Source: Spizellomyces punctatus DAOM BR117
Lineage: Eukaryota
Reading direction: 5' to 3' (one strand)
Assembly (NCBI GenBank): GCA_000182565.2
Contig: KQ257457.1
Length of the DNA: 64,000 nt
Shown: positions 54,975 through 64,000 of the stretch, in pieces
How positions within the stretch are numbered: position 1 is the stretch's first letter
Layout: each line of letters begins with the position of its first letter
The notes under the pieces: generated by a model
What the model was told of the DNA's origin: nothing
The model's input: the letters and a program-made list of their open reading frames with translations, nothing else
Databases searched by the model: none
Position numbers and translations under genes: made by a program

Positions 54975-57900
54975 CTACCCTCTCGTTCTACCCACGCTTC
55001 CCTTCAGACCCTGCCAGGCATCAAGCCTCATCATTGGCTCCCCACCTATGGGCGGCTTCTCTAGAAATCCAATCTCCACGAAGTATCCTAAATACAGTCC
55101 CATCAGCTCATTCATACTCTTGCATACCACCCCGCCGGGCCTCTCTTCCAGTACTTGTTTCACGTGGCTATCATCCAGCTCCGCGCTCTTGGTACTCGTA
55201 GGCAAATCATCCAAAACAAAATGCAAAAGGGGATACAGTGCATTGTCAGCAGTTGAAAGTGTAAGGTCCATCAATGCAGTTCGCCAATGGATGTAGTCCA
55301 CAGGCACGAGAGTGTAACCTTTGCGCACCAAATGACCAAACATGTCATCGTATTTGAAGCGGTCTGAATTATGCATGTGGAAGACACCTAGAGCGAGTGA
55401 AGTCGGTGTCGACGCTACTTCAGCGATTGCACCCGCAACGTAGTCCACTGGGCACATGTTGACAAGATTTGCAATACGTGGCACTTTACCGAGTTGAATG
55501 CAGCCTTTGACCAGTCGCCACAAGAAATCATCGGTGTTTCCAACTCCGGTAGTAGAGTCACCCACAATATACCCTGGTCGGATGATAGTCGCCGGCACAC
55601 CTCGTTCGCGTGCTATCATAATCAGCTTTTCGGACACCCACTTAGTCTGACCGTAACCACTACGCAATCCTTTTCTCGAGCCTTCGAGATCGTCAGTTTC
55701 AAGAACCTTCCCTTTTTCTCCGAGCTCAAGCTTGCGCATATAATGCTCGGTATCCAATACGGCGGTGGAAGATACAAAGTGGAGAGGCTTAAGGTGATGC
55801 CGTGTAGCCAGTCGTAAAGATTCCAACGTGCCGAGGACATTGGGTGCTCGGAGTTTATGATAGGGGTACACCCAGTGAACTAGCGCTCCATTGTGAACAA
55901 TCACGTCTACGTCCGTGGACAGATATTCCCATTGCTCTTCTGACACACCCAGGCGCGACAACGCAAGGTCACCACAGATAGCCTCCACCCGGTCGGCTGT
56001 CAACCACTGGTCTTCCCATACAAGGTGCCGTTCGCCATTGTCTCGTATTCTTGCCAATGCGTCCTGAGGGGTTTTAGCTCTGACAAGAGCAATCACTCGA
56101 CTATTAGGGAATCGCCTCAACAGCGCACCGAGAATGAAAGCACCCAAAAATCCTGTCGCCCCAGTCAAAAAAAACACCGGACGGCCAACGGGCAGTCCCT
56201 CCTTAATCGGAAAATCAAACTGCGGTAGGCCAGTTGCGGAGATCGCCGGATCATCCAGCGCATCCAAATCAGCAGCGTAATCTACCTCTTCCTCCTCCTC
56301 AACCGCTACCTGCTCACCGGCTCCTCTTTCGGTCTTCCCACTCTCATTACCAATCATCCGCAAGTCGCCACCACGAATGAAATCTACTTCCTTTGCCATC
56401 CCTCTAACTGTGGGCTCTCTATATACAATGCTAAGAGGGACTTCGACCGCCAGTGTCTTACGAACTTCGAAAACAAGCCGTGTCGCTAAAATAGAATGTC
56501 CGCCCAAATCAAAGAAATTATCATCAATTGGAATGCTCGTGGATGGTCTTCCAAGTACGTTTGACCAGATATCACGAATGCCCAGCTGAATGGGCGTGAG
56601 TATATTGTCTTCACCAGTTGCAGGAGCGGCCGCAGTAAGAGCGGTGTCTGGGAAAGGAAGAGCGTTCTTGTCGACTTTACCGTTGGGCGTCAAAGGCATT
56701 CGCTTCAACGGAAATATCACTTTGCAACGAATGGTCCATTAAAATCCGTCGCCAATTTAGACTGCTACTATGCGTACTCACCTTTCGGTACAGCATATCC
56801 CGGTAGCTTTGTCTTGAGGTATTCTCGCACGTCCTTGATAAACGCTGCCACATCAACATCTGCATCCAGTGGAACGATGTAACTGACCAGAGTCTTTTCC
56901 TCATCCTTGTCACGTCTGACTAATGTCACATTCTCACGAACATTGGAATGTTGACTAAGATGAGTGTCAATCTCCTTTAACTCGATCCTGAATCCTCGAA
57001 TTTTGACTTGATCGTCAGCACGTCCTGTGCACTCTACAGAACCGTCAGGGCGGTACCTCCCAAGATCGCCAGAACGATACATCCTGTCACGTGGTCCCTT
57101 GTAATAAGGCAGGTTACGGTCAGGTTCAGGTCCCGATGGATTGAAAGGATTTGGGACAAATTTTTGGGCGCTGGCTTCGAGGTCAAGATATCCTTCTGCT
57201 AAGCCTCCGCTGCGGACATAGATTTCGCCGACCTCTCCAATACCACAAAGTAATCCTGAGTTATTGACTACCAGTAGCTGGACATTTTTCATGCCCTTTC
57301 CTGCCGGCATAATATCTTTCTGCTCAGAAAGGAACCCGGGGTTCAACGACGTAGGTGGAATGTCAAGATACGATACAGCACGCTGGGTCTCGGTCGTGCC
57401 GTACATGTTGATAACATGGGTATTCGGTGCCAAGTACTGGAGACGGAGGACATCTCGCTTCGTCAGAACGTCCCCCACAAAGAACGCATTGCGAAGCGTA
57501 GGAATTGGGTGGGTTGCGTTAGCGGACAATAGCTGACCCATGGCAGGGGTGAGATGAGTGACCGTAATCCCATGGTGAGCCATCCATTCTGCCAACCGGC
57601 CAGGCGTGCCAATGTCTTCCGCTGTTGGGATTCGCAGCTGTGCACCGAGGAATAATGGTGTAAAGACTTAGCACTCCGTTAGCAATGCTTTGCACTTCAG
57701 TAGCAAAGTAAATTTGTCGCTACTTACTATCGCGTTGAATTGGGTCATGTGCAATCCCACTCAACATTGTGAAGCGTTCATGCTCAGTTAATCCAAATTC
57801 GTGCCTCATCCAGGGATAAAAATGCGTCAATGAAAAATGACGACCTTTGACGCCTGAAAATGAAATCGCGTTATTCAAGGGAAATCAGAATCATGTGCGG

Positions 57901-59477
57901 GAATGTGTCCCAACAAACCTTTCGGTATGCCAGTACTTCCACTTGTGAAGCTCAACGTGCAGCCGCTGTCGGGGCCTAGCACTACAGCTGGTTCGATACT
58001 GGCATTGTTCTGATGGGGTGCTAGAACATCGGTGCCAGTGGAGCTGCCACCGACTAGAAGTCCATCGTCAAGAATCTCCAATGCAGGCACCTCACACTTG
58101 ATGTCAAGATTATCCTTAATATATCCACGGACATCTTCATGAAGCTCGCCAGCCTTACGTAGAATGACCAATCCGCGAGGTTTTGCGACCGAAAGGTAAA
58201 TATTCTGGCGAGACGGAGGATACGCTGGATCTATTTCACAGTCATTATGATGTCCATCCTTCAGCCAAGGGTCAACTATCCACCTACCAATGACACTGAA
58301 AATCGCTCCGGCTTTAAGGACACCCATGACGGCCACCACCAAGTCTACTCCTCTGTACGAATACAGCACTACAACATCCTCTCTCTCGATACCATTTGCA
58401 ATCAAATGGTGTGCAAGGACGTTCGAAGCTTCGTTAATCTGCTTGAAAGAGAACTCCCGCAGGTCTCCAAAAGTACTTCCTTGTGCCTCCCTACTTTCTA
58501 CGACGCATGTACGATCAGGGTGGCTTTTGGCGTTTCGGGCAAAAATATCGGTGATTGCTCCCTCAAATCTGTCCCATTCGAGATCAGCAGTGGGATCTGG
58601 GAGCAATGTTCTGCTTCGCGCAGTTAGGAGAGAAATGCGGCCAATTGTTGCCTGAGGATCTTCCGCAGCCGATTGGAGAACAAGTTGCAGTTGATCCAGC
58701 ATGTCCGTAATACGACTGTTCGAGAACAAGACAGTATTGTACACGACTCGGATCTCAATGGGAAGAAGACGGCGAAGGGTTGGGGCCTGGGAAATGAAAA
58801 TGGTGATGTCACATGTGGATGAAGTGGTCGTCGAAGATAAAGTGTCAGGAGTAGTGTCTGTCAGGTTGAAAAATCGGACTTTGAAGAGCGACTGCTGTTG
58901 TCCAGATTCGGGTCGGACGGAGGACGGTGCGAGCAAGTCATTCAATAACGCAGCAAATGGGATTTCGTCGGCTAAAGCATCCTCCTCGGCCTAAAACAGA
59001 TGTGCCATCAATGCAAGGCTGAAAGTTACTGGAAGCTCTGCGACTTTCTACCTTGAGAACAGTCTGCACTGCTGTTGCAATTGTATCATTATCAGTTAGT
59101 GGAAATCTTAATACTAAAGGATTTGAAGATCGAGAACTAGATCCAACGGTAATATCCTCCTCGCCAGTGTATTTGTGTAAAAGAATGGAGAAAGCAGCGA
59201 GCAAGATGGTGAAAGGGGAAATTGTCGACGACGATCCATGAGCGGCATGTTCTTCAGATACTGCTCCGTAGTTAGGCTTGATATTCAGCGAAAGCTTGAG
59301 AATCGCAAGAGAGATGGCCTCTGGAACTTGTAAGACCTGCTCCGCTTCCACAATGCGGTGTGGGATGGGCCGAGGATAGTCTGTTGGAAGTACAAGTTCG
59401 GTCAAGCTTGAAAGGCGCTCTTTCCATCGCGATATGAGGGTAGGACTGACGGGTTCGTCGGGTAGCGTCGCTCCCAT
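54975..59477 (-). CDS. LYS2: Alpha-aminoadipate reductase (adenylation-PCP-reductase), multi-exon
   Basis: [87 protein letters not shown]. Confidence 0.97.
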
Positions 59478-60548
59478 GTCGTGCCAACGGATGCGGTGTT
59501 GAAAAGGTGGCTACGGAAGAGGAAACGAGCAACTAAAGCAAGTCAAAAGGGCGGAGACGCTGCTGGAGAGTGCACTGCTGATGGTGAGGAGATCTTGATC
59601 CAGATCAAACCTCGTTTATCCATATAGGGTTACATGAAACTCCACGTGATCTTGGTTCGTGCTCTGCGAAGGTACAGTAAGCAGGCTGGAGATCGAAGGA
59701 AAACGCAAGAGATTTCTGCAGTGAATGCCCATTAAAATGCTGCTCTGCAACCGTAGATGAGCAACGAGTGTTGCAATTCATAAGCAACACAAGTTAATTC
59801 ATATTTCTTCACCAAAAAGTGACTGCTACCGGCACTTGAGCGAACCTGTTACAGAAATCCTTTGAAGGAGGATACAGATATAGATATTATAAAACTGTAA
59901 ATAATCACCTCTCTATCATTCACTCGCGTTGGATATCATATGTGCGTACAGAGTATGGAGCGACGGGCTTGTCTAAATGTGTTGAATGAGCATCTTATAA
60001 TACAATAGAATAACTCGGCGTGACCTGAAAATCACATGACCACGTGTCGAAAATACGTGTCGGAATGGCTGCTTGATTGCTGTCGGGAATGCCCCAGACT
60101 GCTTTATTTTAAAGACCTCAACTAATCTTATGAGGATTGGTGCATCTTTTTTCTGGGGCATCTTTGTGGATATTACAAGGGACAGTGCTGCTTACTTTCG
60201 GGTCTTTTTTGCTTTATATGCCTTTTCCTGACTCTCTGTAAAAGCATACCCATTCTGCAGCTTTCCCCATACCAAATCTACACCCTGCAATTCATCAACA
60301 TGCCCAGAGCCAGGTCCAGCAGCTGAAAAGGTGACTTCTACAGGCCCTATGAGACTTCCCATCTGCGCCCTAAAAACAAACCGGTTCCAACCCATGAAAC
60401 CATGGCATCGATATAGAAGATGTCCCAGCCCCATAATCTGCTGCATAAATAGCTGTGAACCCAACAGTGATTCCAACCAATTGAATCATAATTTTACTCG
60501 ATTTAGACTCATGAACTATGATTTGATAATGGTTCGATGCACAAACGA

Positions 60549-60643
60549 TGCTCCACCATTGAAAAACGGGTCCAATATGTGCGGCAATGAACGGATTGAT
60601 TGAATATTCTGCAGTTGCTCCACCATTGAAAAACGGGTCCAAT
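60549..60643 (+). repeat. 28 bp perfect direct repeat upstream of the Fanzor ORF
   Basis: TGCTCCACCATTGAAAAACGGGTCCAAT at 60549-60576 and 60616-60643. Confidence 0.9.
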
Positions 60644-60724
60644 GCGCAGTTGTCATATCTCTATATAAACCCGCCTTCTCTGCCCATTTCCCAGGTTTTC
60701 ATCCATTTTTCTATTCCAATCATC

Positions 60725-61370
60725 ATGCCGCCAAAGAAAAAGCAAAAGCTTGAAAAACTTGACAAACCCACCTTACATACCTGCAACAAAACTTCCTTTG
60801 CAAAAGCTTTCCTGCCTAATGAGACCTACCACCAATGGCTTCTAGATTACATCGCCATCATCCATCAACTTGCCGACCATGCTTCCCACGCGCTGAAATT
60901 CTATCTCCTTTCATCAGCGCCAGTTTTTCCCACAGTAAATCAAGAGAGGATTGAAGCCATCCTCTATCTTCTCAACAAAGGTGAATCATGGCAACCAAAA
61001 ACCGGTGCAAAGAAGGCATTATGTGAATCCTTGTTGCCATACATTTGTCAGTACTGCCACATCATCAGCTTTGTTCATCCAAATCTACAAAAAGAGCAGC
61101 AATCAGTCAATTACCTGACAGTGAGTATGATGGCGAATCTGAAGGTCAACATCCAGGAACACTTCATGACGATGCTGCTCCGGTACATTAATCTGCAGCT
61201 TGACGTGAAGGGACAGAAGCAGTGACTGCCACTGAAAAGCGATGCGCGGAAAGCTTTCTTTGCTCGTCTTCACTACTTGAAGTCGGTTTTCCTTTTCGAA
61301 ACCATGCCAGAATCACTGGATGACTTGACTGCTGAAGAGAGTGAACTTCTAGAAGAGATTTGGTCCCTTA
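60725..61370 (+). pseudogene. Fz1: Fanzor1 (eukaryotic TnpB-like RNA-guided nuclease, SpuFz1-like), N-terminal third; premature stop and Gypsy insertion
   Basis: MPPKKKQKLEKLDKPTLHTCNKTSFAKAFLPNETY..LLDYIAIIHQLADHASHALKFY...EQQSVNYLTVSMMANLKVNIQEHF..MLLRYINL..DVKGQKQ*LPLKSDARKAFF...EEIWSL parallels the SpuFz1 N-terminus as recalled. TATATAAA at 60662; in-frame TGA at 61223-61225. Confidence 0.88.
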
Positions 61371-61976
61371 TGTAACGATGAGGACATCTTTGAGAGATCG
61401 CGAGTAAGCCCAAATCGGATGCGGGAAGCATGAATCACATGACCAACTCCACCGATTAGGTTACCGTGACCGAAAAAACCGGTTTGGAGAATGGCAATCA
61501 GCGCATTAGATTTCAGCGTGCCTCGTACAACCTGTGGAGGCCCGAGCCAGTGCGAAAAAGGAAGAAATTGGTACCGCCACCAATAAATCAGTTGCGGTGC
61601 AGTGGCACCCATTAGTTTAGTTTAGTTTAACAGTTTATCCAAGAATCTTGTATAAAAAGGATGTATTCAATAGAAAAAACAGGCGGGGGGGCAGAAGCCG
61701 TAGCGACACTAAAATCCCCACAACTAGCTTCTCAACTCCAATCTTAGGTTAACAGGAACCCAACAGAGCGCTTCAACGGCCTGATCACCCACACTGAAGC
61801 CTCTAAATCCTGCTCAGTTCACAACTAACCGATTCTCCTTGCCTCTTGCCCCCAATTCACTACCGACGCCCAAAGAAAGGATTTGGAGACTACGATTCCT
61901 AGTACAGACATCCATCTAACCTGCTAGGAGACCCAAGTTGTCTTTACCATAGTTAACCAACAAAAAATCCATTACA
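61371..61976 (+). repeat. 5' LTR (about 606 bp)
   Basis: TGTAACG...CATTACA, colinear with 1829-2428. Confidence 0.95.
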
Positions 61977-61990
61977 TGGTGGAGAAGCAC
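61977..61990 (+). promoter_or_regulatory. Primer binding site, complementary to a tRNA 3' end (tRNA-Ala-like, ...CUCCACCA)
   Basis: TGGTGGAGAAGCAC directly after the LTR terminal CA. Confidence 0.75.
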
Positions 61991-62119
61991 GATGAACTGC
62001 CTTCCCCTCTCAAATTCAGCTGAAAACCTTATTCAGTCATACCAAAAACTCTTGCGCAAACCAAGATCTGCTCAGGTAGCTACTCGGAAACCTTTTCTCT
62101 TGTTTCAGAAACAGACTTC

Positions 62120-64000
62120 ATGAAACTGAGAATGATGCCAGTCGAATGCTCTCCAACACGAGGCTGCTCACCTGTGATCCAGACTCATAGTCAGGGTCCT
62201 GTGGAGGACATCGAAGTCCCTCCCGCAACATGCCCGAGGCATTCGGGGACCACTTCCATCGAACTGGAAGCCCCTAACTTGGCCATGATGGCCTCTGAAG
62301 TGGCAGCGTTGAAAGAAGACATTGCCCGCTCGACTGCTGCAATGCAGTTGGCAACTCAAAATCTTATGGAACAGCTTCATAGGCTTTCTGAACGTCAGAC
62401 AGTGGCGGATGAGTGCCTTGCATGAGCCTTAGAAGCCCTAGCACATCGCCCGCTGCCTGAACAACCTCTCATAGCACGAGCTACAAGAGAGTGGTCCGCA
62501 ACCCCATGGGAAACATCGGACACACCAAGGGAGCATACCGAACCAAGTCTTTCAGGTCCGGTGCCTCCAATCCAAGTGCCAGCAGCCCCGTGGGCCAGCA
62601 ACACCAAGGTCGATTCCTTGAAAGCAAAGGACATACCCAGGTTTATGGGCAAAAGAAACCAAGACGTTGAAGAATGGCTTAACAAAGTCCAACTTCTTCA
62701 AAACATTAGCACAACATTGGATGCCAGGATGGTACAGCTCCTACCAGCCATGATAGCCGAGAAAACTCCTGCTGATGCTTGGTTTTACACTCTGGAAGCC
62801 CAGGAAACTCACTTGTGGACTTGGAAAAGGTGGAAAGAAGAACTGCTTCAAGAGTTCCGAGACCCCCTAACCGAGTCCAAGTGCAAAGCTGAATATGTGT
62901 GCTGTCATGTGAACTCCAAAGAATTTCACAGCTTTCTCATGTTCATTGACCACAAAACTCATCTCCGGCGCCTCACATATGGCAACTGGGCAAACATAGA
63001 ATGTCCTGCTGACCAGCATTTCGACCTAATAGTCGAACAATTGCCCAGTGACATCCAAATCATGGTCAAATCCTGTAACGTCACAAACCTGACCAAATTA
63101 AAAGACTTCCTGCGCCTTTATTTCAGCTCTGATGACACCAGAAAATGAGACCCTTGCTACAGTGGTGCTGCAGAAGCCCAGAAGAAGTCACAAAAGACCG
63201 GAACCAACAAAGGCCCTAAGCAGATGGCTCAACATAAAACCAGAAACCCCGAAAAGGGTCGCAATGGTCCTCAGAAGATGGTTCTGGACCCCAACAAGGA
63301 ACCACTGGCACCCTGCAAATTCTGTCAGAAAAAGCATTGGAATGTTTTCTGCTGGCAGAACCCGAACTGAAAAGATCCTGAAGATGGAAAGAAGGGACCA
63401 TATGGAGCACCCATGCCCGCAGGTTGGAAACCCAAACAGGAGTCCAAGAAGTCGTACATAGTGGAGCTGGACTCGACATCCGCTACCACCAAGACTCTTT
63501 TTTCGGCTTCGGAACTGGAAAGGACAGCCACTGCTAATCAAGGATTCCACACCATTGGATTCTTTCATTCACCCAAGCACTCGGAATCAACAATTTTGAT
63601 GACTGCACCTCTTTCTGAGGTCACGGAGACTAAGGAAGAGGACCCCCGCATGCCCACGCAGGGCTGGGACCGAGTCTGGGACAACATAGCCATCATCTGG
63701 GGCACCCCGAAAGTGGCTCTGATGATGGGCGACAACCCCCGCGTGCTCAGCTTCTTTGCCAAAGAACCGAAGCAAGGTGCTGGGCACCTTGGGAATGACC
63801 CCTACACAGTCGCGTGGAGTTCCCACCACCTCTACATTGCTGCTGCAACTGAAGCTGACAAGGATTGAATCCTGCGAAAAGTCCAAGAAGACAGTACCCC
63901 TCATTTGATTCTCCTTGCCTGGATAAGGCTCGACAAATGCAAGAAATTCTTGATGTGGAGCTCTGAAGATCCTGTTATCTTTGATTCTTATGCCAACCTG
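62120..64000 (+). pseudogene. Decayed gag(-pol) of the Gypsy element
   Basis: ORF fragments 62120-62425, 62561-63148 and 63413-63868 separated by TGA stops; capsid-like and Zn-knuckle motifs. Confidence 0.85.

Larger units (their letters stand above)
61371..64000 (+). mobile_element. Degenerate Ty3/Gypsy element, 5' part (5' LTR, PBS, decayed gag); same family as 1-2428
   Basis: LTR homologous to 1829-2428; PBS; gag motif DIPRFMGKRNQDVEEWL; Zn knuckle CKFCQKKHWNVFC at 63314-63352; several stops and frame breaks. Confidence 0.92.

Noticed and set aside
54975-59477. NRPS secondary metabolite cluster
   Set aside because: The A-T-R architecture and motifs are those of the primary-metabolism enzyme Lys2; neighbours are housekeeping genes.

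Overview
Eukaryotic, intron-rich, gene-dense fungal DNA, very probably a chytrid such as Spizellomyces punctatus: an ORF at 60.7 kb closely resembles the published SpuFz1 Fanzor protein as I recall it. Two copies of one Ty3/Gypsy chromovirus family bracket the window. One is the CpG-rich 3' end of an element (1-2428), inserted into a repeat-protein gene. The other is the CpG-eroded 5' end of a second element (61371-64000), inserted into a Fanzor1 pseudogene. Between them lie about 20 host genes: fatty acid hydroxylase/sterol desaturase, OS-9/Yos9, MFS transporter, ERG6, KUP/HAK K+ transporter, F-box/WD40, Cdc24-like OB-fold protein, TBRG1-like, PIK1, a CTK1/CDK12-like kinase, eIF3k, Chz1-like, THI20 and LYS2. 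Two enzymes look prokaryote-like: a secreted phospho-His/ATP-grasp dikinase-like protein and a methyltransferase fused to a D-Ala-D-Ala-ligase-like domain. The most interesting signals belong to the RNA-guided Fanzor/OMEGA system. These are (i) the disrupted Fanzor1 gene and (ii) a stand-alone omegaRNA-like scaffold (44002-44074, minus strand) 16.7 kb away. The scaffold keeps its base-paired stems and sits at the 3' end of an apparent TATA-driven, spliced transcription unit. There are two assembly gaps (13101-13200, 16731-17688). All family assignments come from motif recognition and recall, not database searches, and exon boundaries of multi-exon genes are approximate.
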